A DNA stretch of 64,000 nucleotides from Azolla caroliniana (GCA_043228905.1 JBHGNT010000010.1:10168001-10232000); one strand, 5' to 3'. Counted from the first letter of the stretch, positions 12,411 through 25,435 are shown. Numbers and translations are program-made. Notes: generated by a model not told the origin, from the letters alone.

Positions 12411-13110
12411 TGAAAAGAAGATGAGATGTAGGTTGTGTTATGCCAAGGAAGCGAGCTATGAGTGTGTGTGAGTGCACATAAGGCAAGACAGAGATAGATA
12501 GATAGATAGATGGACAGTGACACAAAGAGAGAGAGAGAGAGAGAGAGAGATTATATTATCGTCTTCAGAGGTCAAATATGACCTATAAGACAAAAAATAT
12601 TACATTTCACGTGATACATGTGAAAGTGAGTAGTGACTCTCGTTGTTCAAGAACTTTACCAATGAATGTTGCAATCGAGAGTGCATGTTACCGGCCGGCA
12701 AAGGAGTCCAGAGTGGGAAACAGAGAGCTAATTAAGTAGTAGGAATGTGGTTGTAATTAAGCTATGAGTGTGGACGGACAGACCGGAATCGGTATGCCGT
12801 TCCGGATCCGGACCGATCCCAAATAGGTGCGGATGGCACCGTTTTGTAATACAGACCGGAAACCTATTTAAAGGCCCGGATACAATGTAATCGTTAGCAG
12901 TTAATTAATGAAAGCTTAAGCGTTGTTATCTCTCTGTGTTAATTGCCGTTCTATCTTAATTGTTATATCTTACGCGTGTTATGAAAGACGATCCTAATAA
13001 GTAACTTAACTAAGTCGGATTAGGCGTTGAAGTCTAATCCGGTTGCCGAGTGTCTCACGTAGACACCTTGTGTTAGGCCATTGTCTGGCCCGAAGAGTTA
13101 ACACAGTTTT

Positions 13111-13122
13111 TGGCGACCACGA
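13111..13122 (+). promoter_or_regulatory. Putative PBS (tRNA-Arg-like)
   Basis: TGGCGACCAC, 7 nt downstream of the 5' LTR end. Confidence 0.55.
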
Positions 13123-13156
13123 TTCCTGTTTTTGCAGCGAACGACGGCACAGATGG

Positions 13157-15000
13157 ATGTCTAGATCAACGCACGACCTGGTTACAGATCGAACTCGACG
13201 CCGTGCCGAAAGGCAAAGGAGACGCGAGGCTTTCCAGCAAGCGGCGCAGGAAATTAGAGCGGATCGCTCGTTTTCCAACGTAATCCGGAGAGTAGCGGAG
13301 GACTCCCTCTGGTTACAGCAAACATCGCACCCGGACGACGGCAGCAGCCTAAGCAGCCTCCGGGAAACTGAATCCCTTCTCCACTCGTTGGCAAACGGAG
13401 AAGGCGAAGCAGAGGCCTTTTCAGCATATGAATCGGACTACGAAGGGGAATACAGCGTGCACACGAACTACCGTAGCAGTAACGAAACCCCGGGCGGACC
13501 GGAGGACGAAGGATCGGATACCTTACCGACACCGGAACTAGAACCGGAAGTGCTAACGCTGGAACCCCCGGAACCAGTAGAAGAAGAACGACCTCCGACA
13601 CCGGAAGTCGAAGAGGAGAGGCCTCCGTCACCAAAGGAAGAGAAACAACCGACACCGGAATCAAATCGGGAAAGACCACCGACACCGGAGAAAATTCCGG
13701 AACGAGCACCAACACTACCAGCCCGCGCACCGATACCGGACGACGACATGCCGTTCCAGTACTCCAAGTATAGAGATGATCCGGACGCGGAAGCTCATGT
13801 GCACGCCTTTGAACAGACATGGGAAGCCAACCATGTGTCCCAACGACTGACACCGGAGGAAGAAGAACGCTCTAAGATAGCAGAGTTTGGCATCACATTG
13901 GAGGGACCGGCAGCAAGATGGCGCCAGACGTAGGACCCGTCTACCATCAACACCTTTGCAGATTTAAAAGCTAAATTCATGCAGACCGTAATGGTAGGCT
14001 TATTTTATACCATCTGGCAAGAGGCAGGGGAGAGCATTCCCCAATTTGTCATCCGGTTTCAACGGATGCATAGTCAGCTTGCCCGTGCACCCCCGGAGGA
14101 GGAATTACGGACAATATTCCTAAACGCGCTCCAGGAACCCCTACGCACGGTTTGCACGGTAATCGATTTCCGCACAAGTACCATCGACCAGGTCATTGAC
14201 CGGGTGAAAGAGATGGAAAAGACAAGCTCCTGGCTCACACTGGGCGCACTTCAACGGGCGTTACCATCCGATGAAGACCTCCGGTTTCAGCAAGCAATAC
14301 AGTGCACAACTTGCTTGAATTCTGGACACTCGGCTCTAGAATGCACTATGAGGACGCAATGTGTAATCTGTCAATCCAAGAGCCATACGACGGATAGGTG
14401 CGAGTATAATTTGTTGACTCGGCAAGCACCGCCCATCCGACAAATTGAGCCACACAACAACCAGGATGAAGAAGACGAACGTTGGCAGCGAATGGACCGT
14501 GAACGACCGGCACAGGATGTCGAGTATGGCGAGCGACGGGAAAATGATGTCCGGTATGGCGAGCGACAGGAAAATGATGTCCCGTACGGTGATCGGCGAG
14601 ATAACTATGACCGGCATGATCGGTACCAGGATTATAATAGACGATACGAATAGTACGACGGGAGCACTCCCCCGGGTATCGTCAGCAACGGGAGGAATAC
14701 GGCAGATATAACGGGCAACCCCGTCAAGAGTACCGTAATAAGAAGAGCTTTAACAAAAAACGGCATTTTAAAAAAGGTGGCTACCCCCGGGATCCGGAAC
14801 AAGGCGCTCCAAGTAACCAACCGGTACAAAACCCCGCGCGTACCATAGGACTTGCCCCGGGTACAACAGACAAGGCTGAATCTAGCAATGCCCGGAAAGC
14901 CTACTGCTACTACTGCCAACAGGAAGGCCATTATAGTAACCAATGCCCGGTGAAGAGCTATGAAAAACGACCGGCGGTAAATTAATGGTAGTCCCTGAGG
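13157..15000 (+). pseudogene. Athila-like gag with three CCHC zinc knuckles
   Basis: Retrotrans_gag-like segment (LEGPAARW; QEAGESIPQFVIRF). Knuckles CTTCLNSGHSALEC, CVICQSKSHTTDRC and CYYCQQEGHYSNQC. Confidence 0.85.
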
Positions 15001-15017
15001 TGGCAGACCTACAGTAG

Positions 15018-18000
15018 GTGACCACAAGATCGAAGGGCATGGCCAAAGAATGGGAGACACAGGAGACCATCCGGAAACAAGCAACGGAATGGGTAAAGAA
15101 AGCAAATGAGAAGAATGTCACAGACTTACAGCAGCAAAAGGAGAACACCGTAGGGCTTGCCGGCGGTAGTCACTCCGAGAACGAGACATGGCAGGCGTTG
15201 CAAGAATGCCAGATTACGTTACCACTAGGAAGACTCCTACAACTCGTGCCTAGATTCACGGAAGGACTGAAGACGGCCATGACGGCAGGAGAACCATCAC
15301 CGGCACCGGTACTCTTCTCGAATCCGGAGGAGGGACAACAGTGGTAGACACTAGCAGTCCGGTAATCACTGCCATTGTAAAAGGGAAAGAACTCCCCATC
15401 ACAGTTATAGACGGAGGCTCTGGGGTAAATGTAATAAGCCTCTGGACGTGTGATGACCTAGGAATCCACGAGTGGGAGCCGTGTCCATTCTGGTTGCGGA
15501 TGGCCGATACAAGCTCAGTGCGGCCGACAGGATTAATACGGAAATTAGAAGTCACCGTCGGCGGGTTAACATTTCACATCTCGGCCGTAGTGCTACAATT
15601 ACAGGCACAAGACGCATACCCGCTATTGCTGGGGCGGCCATGGTTGAAAACGGCACATATCAAACAGAATTGGCGAAAAAATATAATTACCTTCCGGCGA
15701 GGAAAATCCAAGGTACGGGTACCAACACAGCCAAGGACGAGCACTGGCAAGGAATGTACACCGTTGTATGCGGAATGCGTCAACATGCTCGAAGGGTTAG
15801 CGGACGAAGAAGAAGCTCAATACCTGCAGGAAAACCCAAAGATCATACCCCTATTCGAAATTGACATTGCCGAAGCCGTAGCACCATACTTACCGCAACC
15901 GGAAGAGGCGGAAGCAGAACCGGATAAAGACGCAATCCGGGAGTTACGGCAAGCGCAGGAAGCGTTGGAACGGGAAATGGCCGTTTCATAGCGCGTAAAA
16001 GCATTGCAACTGGAAGAGGTGAATTTAGGCACCACGGACGAAGCAAAACTGGTGCACATCGCCAAGGAGATGAAGTCCGGAGACAAAACGGCGATGATAA
16101 CACTTCTCACGGAATTTCGCGACGTATTCGCCTGGTCATACGAAGACATGCGAGGACTCGACCCTCAGTTATACCAGCATCAACTGCACTTGAGCAAGGA
16201 CGCAAAACCAGTGGCACAAAGACGGTACCGGATGAATCCCAATTATGCTGCCAGGGTCAAGGAAGAAATCGACAAACTGCTAAGAGTTGGCTTTATCCGT
16301 CCGGTAAAGAAAGCGACATGGCTGAGCCCGATCGTAGTCGTACCGAAGAAGAACGGAAAAATTCGAGTTTGCGTGGACTACCGGAAACTCAATGCGGCTA
16401 CGGTAACGGATGCATTTCCACTTCCGTTCACAGATGGAGTGTTGGATGCCGTCGCCGGCCACGAGGTCTATAGCTTCCTAGACGGATTCAGCGGGTATAA
16501 TCAGATCCGGATGCACCCCGACGACCAAGAGAAAACGGCATTCATCACCGAATGGGGGGTATTTGTGGCCGTGGCGATGATGTTCGGACTCAAAACGGCA
16601 CCGGCAACGTTTCAATGAATCATCATGGAAATCTTTGGTGAATATATACCGGCTTTTATGCAGGTTTTCCTTGACGATTTCGCCGTCTATAGCCGGGAGG
16701 AGGACCATTTTCAGCACCTCTGTCTTTGTCTAGAAAAGTGTAGAGCGTACCGGCTAAGCTTGAATCCGGCTAAGTGTGTATTTGGCGTGTCCAGTGGAAC
16801 TTTATTAGGACATATCGTGAGCCAGGAAGGTATTGCAGTCGACCCGGACAAAGTGAAAGCCATATTAGAAGCGCCGGCGCCGGCAACGGCAAAGGCATTA
16901 AACCGGTTCTTAGGCCAGATCCGGTGGCACAGCCGGATGCTCCGATACTTGGCCGACCTGGCTACACCTTTGCATGCCGCCGTACATCGGACACCATTCC
17001 AGTGGACCAATACTGAGGATAGGGCGTATAAGGCCCTCAAGGTACTATTGTCGCAGGCACCGGTAGTACAACCTCCAGATTGGAGTAAAGAATTTCACGT
17101 GTTCGTGGACGCCTCCGACATCGCAATCGGAAGCGTACTGATGCAGCTTACGGAACCAAAGTGGTACCGGCCAGTGTACTATGCCAGCCGGAAGCTATCC
17201 CAAGCAGAACGGAACTACTCTACTACGAAACGGGAAGCTCTAGGAATGATCTACAGTGTGACAAAGTTTCGGCACTATTTATTGGGAAGGAAGTTTTCCT
17301 TCCATGTAGATCATTCGGCACTCCTTTACCTGGTGTCCAAGCCGTCACTCACCGGCAAATTGGCCCGGTGGACCTTATTGTTACAGGAGTTCGAGTTTGA
17401 AATATTCCACCGACCCGGTATACAACATGCCGTAGCGGATTACTTAAGCGGATTGGAGTCCGGAGAGACGGGTGACGGAGTACCGGATGAGTTTCCGGAT
17501 GCGGAGCTGTTTCAAGTCACTACGGAGACGGCAGCAGATGAGACAGTGGCCCAGGAAGACAAGTGGCTCACAAATATGCACCAGTTTCTGAGCACAGGAC
17601 TGCCTCCGGAAGAGCTGAACCGGGACGAACGGAAACGCCTGGCGGTACAAAGCCGACATTTCTGCTTATTGCAAGACACATTGTACCACAAGGGCGCTGA
17701 CGGCATATGGAGGCGGGCGGTGTGCAGCGATGAAAAGGAACTGATACTGAGGGAAGCCAACTGCGGAGTTGCCGGAGGTCACTATGCCGGAGATGCGACA
17801 GCCAGAAAAATATGGCAAAGTGGCCTATGGTGGCCAACGACATTAAGAGATGTGGTACGGTACGCAAAAGAATGTGACCTATGCCAGAGAATGGGCCAGC
17901 CAACGGAGCAGGCTCGTATGCCACACCAGCCGGTACTACCACTCGAGCCATTCCAAAAGTGGGGGCTGGACTTTGTAGGACCGTTCAAGCCACCGGTAAT

Positions 18001-18937
18001 GAGAACGGGTAATCGGTACGTTATCGTTGCTACGGATTACTGCACGAAATGGGTGGAGGCCAAAGCTTTACGGGATAACACCGCTGCGTCAACGGCAAAG
18101 TTTCTATATGAGTACATCTGGTGCCGTTACGGATGCCCCATTGAATTGATAAGTGACCAAGGGGGGCACTTTCTCGGACAAGTAGTGGAAAGCCTAACGA
18201 CCTTCTATGTCGTGGTCCACAAACGAAGCACACCTTACTATCCACAGGCGAACGGATTAGCGGAATCAACAAACAAGACGCTCCAGAACATCCTTCGAAA
18301 GATCGTCAACGAGAACCGGACGGATTGGGACACAAAGCTACATAGCACGCTTTGGGCATACCGGACGGCATACAAAACGAGCATCCGAACAACACCGTTC
18401 CGGTTGGCGTTCGGACTCGAGGCGGTCATGCCGGTAGAATTTCAAGTACCTAGCTTACGGATCCAGCTACGAGAACGGCTGAACGAGAAGGAGTCGGAGA
18501 CAATAAGGTTGACAGCGTTGTGTGAGCTGGAGGAACAATGGTTGGCCAGCATCCTACATTTAGAATTGGAGCAACGGCGACGGAAAGCATTTGTCGACCG
18601 GCACAGGAAAGGTAACGAAAAAAGGTTCGCAATCGGCAAACCAGTGTTAGTATTCCAAACCCGGATGGGCAAGATGCCGGGTAAACTAAGGTTTAGATGG
18701 ACCGGACCATATTGGCTAACACGAGAGTATAATGGGTCCTACCAGTTGGGGACACTTGCCGGCGAAGTGCTGGGCAAATGGGTCAGCGAATTCCGGTTAA
18801 AGGCATATAGAGGACCGATGCCTAAGAACCCGTTTGAGCAAAGGACCGACGGCAACCACCAAGACGGCAGAGACGGCAAGCCGGGAACCGGAGAGAATGA
18901 GGCCGGTAAGGGTCCAAGAGGACCAACGGACCTGTGA
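15018..18937 (+). pseudogene. Athila-like pol (PR-RT-RH-INT) with few lesions
   Basis: Motifs IDGGSGVN, CVDYRKLN, LDGFSGYNQ, FLDDF, VDASD, DFVGP, ISDQG, NGLAE and WTGPY. Confidence 0.95.
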
Positions 18938-19319
18938 CGTCACACTAATAATAATAATAACTGAAAATAAATAAATAAATAAATAAACAATCATGCAAAA
19001 GCGAGGAATGAATGGATGAAAGAGCGTGGAGTGAAAAGGTACGTAGTGGGCATTTAAAGCGCCACCACAGGACATAATGCTATTTTAAGTACGCGACATG
19101 CACAAACTCGAAAAAGGCGCCATAATGCACAGACAAAAACCATTGCGCGTAGAGACCCTCTACTTTCGCGAACCCAGGAGCACAGAAGCACCGAAACGCT
19201 GCAAGATCATCAGACGAGAACCTGCGCACAGAGAACCCCCGCCTTCTGAACTCTCTCTTTCTCAACCCCGCTCTCACCACCATCCATCCTCGTCACCGCA
19301 ATCCGACCCCGACACAGAG

Positions 19320-22079
19320 ATGGACCCGCAAACGCTGTCGGAAGCCGCCAAGACATGGTTGAAGCAACACGGGCTCGAGGGCTTCTTGATGATGATGGAA
19401 GTACCGCCACACAAAGAAGCCGACAAAGTGATCAAGGAAATCGATACAGAGGTCATAACGGCAGAGGCGATTCGAGCGTTAATAGGCCTTCCGGAGGGAG
19501 GCATACTCACGATCGACAATCCAACCCTGGAGCAACTCATCAGGTATTTTGGTGAGTACTCTCTAGCCAGCAAGGGCTACCGGACACAGGGCGGCGGAGA
19601 TATGTTGTTCCGCGAAATTGCTCGTGTGCTCCATGAATACGGCCACGTGTACCCTAGACCCCCTGTCATGCCGTAGAACCGAGCAGGGATGATCATCGCT
19701 ACCTATCAAGGGATCAAGGTGGATTGGCTGGTATTGATTGCAGACGGGTTGTGTGCGGCGATCGAGATCGTCAGAGGCAAAGACGGCAAAGAAGGCCGAG
19801 ACGGACGAAGAATATGGCACGCCGTAACGCAGTGGCTCACCTTGCTGGTGCCACCCGTTCAGACCGTCCAGCCCAAGAAGCGAGGAAGAGTGCCGGACGG
19901 CACACCAAGGACGGCTTCCAAACGGCAACAGTTGTTGGCCTCGAAGGCCACCAAGGGAAAGGCGGCGGATGCAGAATAGGCGGTAGCAGGAAGCGGCAGC
20001 CAGAAGCGCCCAACGGAGGCGCAGGAGGAACCACCCGCACGGCCTATAAAGGTCACACTCCGCCGACCGGTGAATCGAGAAGCGGACCCCTTGGCAGCAA
20101 AACTCAATGTCGGAGCTCAGGAGGAGGAAATAGAGGAGGAGCCTACGGAGCACCTCTAGCGATGGTCGTCGGCAAGGACCGTTGAGGCAGTCGGGAAACG
20201 TTCGGACCCTCAGACAGAGGGAACACCGGCTCCCCATACTGAGACTCCTACGCCAAGGAAGGAACCGAAACCGGTGCAGATGGCACCGGAAACAGAAGCC
20301 CCGGCACTACCGGCAACACCGGCAAGTCCCATCCCGCCCGATCCGGAAAGGTCACTGCAGCCTCCCTCGGTCAGCCAAGAAGAAGCGCAAGGGCAACCAG
20401 GACAGCAGGATGGTCCATGCGCAAAAAAGGAACTGCAACTCGGCGCAACCAGGCGGGACCACCCCTCTACAAGTGAGCCCATCTATCAAACCTCCGTGCA
20501 AGCACAACAAGGCACCGGTAGCCTGTGGCTCCGGTGGATAGGCGAACAGATAGATGGAGCAGTGGGGTATATAGAGGCGGAAGAAAGAGCACAAAGCGAA
20601 CAGTTGCTTGTCACAATCGAACAACTAGAGACGGCCCGGTCCAGAATCCGGTGCCTTGAAAAAGATTTGGATCAGGTAACGACAGAGATGGCCAAAATAC
20701 GGATCCAATCACCGGTGACTCCGGTAAGTGTACAGAATAAAGAAACGGAACGACCTGTACATAGCAATAAGACCCCGGCAACGAAAACCGTTCCAGCGAG
20801 AGATGCGGCGCAAGCTCGGGAGCTTGCGGAATTGAGAGAGGAACTTGCCGCACAAGAAGCGCTAAGGAGCCGTGAACGAGAATTGAAGACGGCGGCCGAA
20901 GCCGAATTAAAGAAGACTGCTGAGAACCTCCGCCGGGCAGAGGAGAGCCTCCGGAAAGGCCATCAAGCGTACGATCGGCTAAAGGAGGAGAAAGACAAAG
21001 TGCTGCAGGAAAAGGACAAGCTGCGGAAAACGGCGGAAATAGAGATTGAACGGCTAAAGGAAGAGCTCCGCCAGCAGAAGGACCGCGAGGACCGGGCCCG
21101 TCGTCAGATCAACGCACGGCTCAAGCAAAAGACGGATGATTTTGAGCACCTGCACCGGGACTACAAACGGCTGGAAACGGAGCATAAAGAACGGATGGCC
21201 GAGCTCCAGCAGGCAGTTGATCGGGCCGCGACGGCGATCGCCGACGAACGGGCGGAAAATACAAGACGCTTGGAAGAGGCGGAGAAGGTTCGGATGGAGC
21301 TCCAGAGGCAGCAGCAGGAAGACAAAGAGAGAGCGTCAACAGTATTGCAGAAATTACAAAGTACATATCAAAGGCAATTGATGCATTACAAGGCGCAGGC
21401 GGAGGACAACGTCAAAATCATCAAACAACTGAAGGAGGAACGGCAAGCGGCGGAAACCAAATCGCAATTGGGAACAAGCTGCATTCAGTCCATCCTCCGG
21501 GCATGGCTGAATCAGACGAAACACTTGATTGATGAAAGCTCCGTAAAATGGTGGACAAAGTGGGCACAAAACGCGGCGGAACTCTAGTTGCTACGGGCGG
21601 ATGTGGCAAATCGGCGGAAGGAGATGATTGTTATACGTTGACTTCCGACGACTTCACCGCCATACGGGACGAGCTGGCCGACGACTTCCAAGTCCTGGCA
21701 GATGAACAGCTGGTGCAGGTCAGCCAGCTCGTAGCTCAGCTGGACGATGATAGGCTGGACGCTCAAATCCAGTTTGAAAGCTACGAGCGGTCCCGGGTAC
21801 GGGAAGAAAAAGCACGAGAAGCGACAACGGTTAACCTTAGTGATGAGGAACCGTCGCCGGCTGAGGGCCAACCGGGAACCAGTCAACCGGAGACCACTAC
21901 AACGCAAGGAGCAACGACGGAGACGCCGGGGTCAGAGCCACAAACGGAGGAGCAGCCGCAGCAACCACCAACGGATCCGCCGCAGCAGACAGCAACAACA
22001 ACAACAACAACAACCACTTCCAGATGAACCATTGGAGCCTCTCGAACAAAGCATTCTGGACATTTTGGACGAAGAATAG
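19320..22079 (+). pseudogene. Accessory 3' ORF (~920 codons): plant-transposon-type N domain plus long coiled coil
   Basis: ORFs 19098, 19689 and 20274 share one frame, separated by single TAG codons. Two frameshifts lead to ...LDILDEE* at 22079. Confidence 0.75.
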
Positions 22080-23015
22080 CAAGGGTCGGTTGTGGATTCG
22101 ACGTACAACGTATTGTCCCACGGGCGTGCCATGTGTTACCGGCCGGCAAAGGAGTCCAGAGTGGGAAACGGAGAGCTAATTAAGTAGTAGGAATGTGGTT
22201 GTAATTAAGCTATGAGTGTGGACGGACGGACCAGAATCGGTATGCCGTTCCGAATCCGGACCGATCCCGAACAGGTGCGGATGGCACCGTTTTGTAATAC
22301 AGACCGAAAACCTATTTAAAGGCCCAGATACAATGTAATAGTTAGGGGTTAATTAATGAAAGCTTAAGCGTTGTTATCTCTCTGTGTTAATTGTCGTTCT
22401 GTCTTAATTGTTATATCTTACGCGTGTTATTAAAGACAATCCTAATAAGTAACTTAACTAAGTCGGATTAAGCGTTGAAGTCTAATCCGGTTGCCGTAAC
22501 ACCCTTTGGTGAAGTGTCTCATGTAGACACCCTGTGTTAGGCCATTGTCCGGCCCGAAGAGTTAACAGTGCACATTGTGGTTGTGAGAGGAATTCATACA
22601 AGGATTGGGCTCGGTCGAAGAGATGTGGAAAGCATGGTCCAATATGATCAAAGGCAGAGCATTGTATCAAAGTGTGATACTCAGATTCGTGGACTTGTTT
22701 ATGGCAAACTGTGCATAGCTGACCACTCTCATCACTTGTGCCCCAACGCCCTGTCTCACATCGCAATGCATGTGAGCTAAGTCGCATGGAAGCAATGGTT
22801 CAAAGAGAGAGAGAGAGAGAGAGAGAGAGCTTGAACAAGGAGATATATTAGTGAAAAGATAGATTACATCCAACAATGACTAGTGTTGCCATGGTTTAAA
22901 TACCAACTAGTCTAGGGCAAATGCCCTTTCTACTAATTATATATCTAGCCTAGTATGATGTCCATTGGCTAGTGTGAACACTGTCTCTATGGGAAGTTGA
23001 GTTTGATTCTCAACT

Positions 23016-25435
23016 AATCTCCATGTTTATCTGCTGGAATGTTGCCCGCGCAGTCTTCAATCCGAACATCATTACCACCACTACAAAGACTCCCCATTCG
23101 GCTACGAACAATGGCTTCTCTTGGTCGTCCAGTTGCATTAGAATTTGATTATACCCACTAAAACCGTCCAGAAAACTATATACTTCGTGTCCCGCAACCA
23201 CGTCGAGTACGCCATTAGTGAATGGCAGTGGGAAAGCATCAGTAATTGTTGCCGCATTTAGTTTTATGTACTCGACACATTCTCGAATTTTTCTTTTCTT
23301 TTTCGGTACAACGACAATTGGACTGAGCCACATAGCTTGTTTTACCGGCCTGATAAATCCGACCCGGAGTAAGTTGTCGATGTCTTCCTTCACTTTGGCT
23401 ACATAGTTCGGGTTCATCTGATAACGTCATTGGGTTACCGGTTTGCATCCTTGCTCAAGTGTATCTGGCGCCGATAGAACTAAGGATCTATCCCCTTCAT
23501 GTCTTCATGGGACCATGCAAAGACATCTTTATATTCTTTTAACAACTCTACCATTGTTGTCTTCTCCGCCAGTAGCATTTCTTTAGCCATGCTCACCGGT
23601 CGCGGTTCTTCGATCATGCCTAAATTCACCTCTAACATAGACGCCTTGACTTGCTAGGATACTTCTAGTTCCCTATCCAGTGCCTCTTGAGCCTGTCGAA
23701 GTTCACGGATGGCTTCCTAATCCGGTTCAATGATTTCTTCATCTTTGCCGGTTACCTATGGTGTTTCTGTTTCCACAATATCTATCTCGAACAATGGGAC
23801 AATTCTTGGATTCTCCGCTAAATATCGGTCTACTTCCTCATCTACTAGTCTATCCAACATGTTGACCACTTCCGCATATAATGGCGTGAGTTACTTGTTT
23901 GCGATTGCCTATTCTTGTGTTGGCACCCTCACTTTGGTTTTCCCTCAGCGGAAATTGATGATGTTCTTTTGCCAATTTTGCTTGATATGCATTGTTTGTA
24001 ATCAGGGCCTTCCCAACAACAAGTGATATGTGCCAGGTGCACTTAGTTTGAGTACTACCGCCGATATTTGGAATGAATAACCTCCCATGGTTATTTCCAT
24101 GTTCTGAATTAGTCCCATCAGTCGGACGGAGCTGGTATCCACCATTTGTAACCAAAATGGGCATGGTTCCCATTCTCGAATTCCTAATTTGTCACGCGTC
24201 TTTTTGATGTTGACGTTTACTCCCGATCCTCCGTCAATGATCGTTTCGGGAACTTCCTTACCGTTTATGATTATCGTTACCACCGGATTGTTTTCTTCCT
24301 TGATGGCAAGTTCCTGACTTGGGTTTGTAAGGTATGTTAGTGCGACTACCGGTTTTAGCGGTGTCAATGCCATCTTTAAGCCTTTAGTGAACCGGGGAAG
24401 CAACTGCAACAACCGTCCTAGCGGTAACGTAATCTAGCACTGGGTCAATGCCTACCATGCTAGATCCTCCTCCCTTGTATGGATGTCTTCATCCAGTTGA
24501 CAGTTTAATGTTTGCATAACCTTCTCCTGCTTGATATCTTCTATATTTCGTTGGTTCGCCTTCTCAACCCATTCCTTAGCAGTTTTCCGTACTAATTCTT
24601 GTGCTTCCCATTCTGCGGTCTTTCCCTTTGACCAGGTTGTGACCTGCTACACCTCAGGTACTTCTGTTATGACCATGTTCACTACCAGTTGTTTCTCCTT
24701 GGCCTTGACCGGGCACTAACTGCAATAGTGCCCTTCCTACCAGCAAAACTAACAAAACAGTTTCATAACTCCACTCGATTTTCCTTTTTCTATCCCTATT
24801 GGTTGCATTTCGGGAACCATCCATGTTATTTCAACTATTCTCCGTTGTTCTAGTTGCACTACTCCACCCTCCGAAAATGCCTTTCTGGCATCTGGAACAC
24901 TTCACCTAACTCCACTCGATTTAGCTTTTTCTATCCCTCCTAGTTGTGTGTCGGGAACCATCTGTGTTATTTCAATTGTCCTCCGTTGTTCCAATTGCAC
25001 TACTCCACCCTCTGGAAATGCCTTTCTGGCATCTGGAACATGTTGGTAATCATGTTCTTAGTCGTGGCATTCGTTACTCCGATTGTGGTTTCCACAAGCG
25101 GGGGGGAGAGCCCCTGTCAGTCAAGATACCTTCGTTCTGTTTCTCTCCTCCGATCATATTCCAGACAGTAATCCCAATAATACCATTCACATGGATACTC
25201 GTCTCTCCTTTGGATGTCATCATACCGGAATCTTCCATCAGGTCAGTATCGGTCCTCTCATCAAACTCGTTGCAACCTCTTCTTCTGGTCGCATGTCCTC
25301 GGGGGGCTCAATGTGGTGTACCAGTGTAGCTTGGCGATTTAACAAATTGTACTCGCATGGCTCTATTGTATGTACCCTTGAATGGCACAGTGCACAATGT
25401 GTTTGCATTGTGCATTCTAGGCTTGAATGGCCCGG
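23016..25435 (-). mobile_element. Older Athila-like element (gag C-terminus, PR, RT N-terminus), 5'-truncated
   Basis: ORFs 23010, 24002 and 25238 are clear paralogs of 14300-16620 (IIDGGSGVN; LDGFSGYNQ). Confidence 0.9.

Larger units (their letters stand above)
12686..22567 (+). mobile_element. Full-length non-chromoviral Ty3/Gypsy (Athila-like) element with an extra 3' ORF
   Basis: LTRs at 12686-13103 and 22134-22567 (TGTTA...TAACA). TSD GTGCA at 12681-12685 and 22568-22572. PR-RT-RH-INT order with no second RNase H visible. Confidence 0.95.
12551..22803 (-). mobile_element. 5'-truncated LINE (RTE-X/L2-like) 3' end, ~370 bp, split by the Athila-like element and flanked by (GA)n
   Basis: RLSSHALRCETGRW...CTVC...ESEYHTLIQC is a LINE ORF2 C-terminal Cys motif. 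It continues across the TSD into 12551-12685. Confidence 0.8.
200..23015 (-). mobile_element. Copia A, decayed full-length Ty1/Copia (Ale-like) with nested insertions
   Basis: LTRs at 200-476 and 12411-23015 (the latter split). PBS tRNA-Met at 12399-12410. TSD gatct (195-199) / aatct (23016-23020). Gag, PR, INT, RT and RH remnants occur in Copia order. Confidence 0.85.

Noticed and set aside
12551-12591. Hammerhead ribozyme (the minus strand has CTGAAGA next to a stem)
   Set aside because: There is no stem II or GAAA core downstream, and the second copy reads TAGAAGA.
13931-21587. U-to-C RNA editing or programmed readthrough repairing the TAG/TGA stops
   Set aside because: Such editing is organellar in ferns, frameshifts are also present, and methyl-C deamination explains the pattern.
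19320-22079. Envelope gene
   Set aside because: No signal peptide or transmembrane segment is evident; the protein is charged and coiled-coil.
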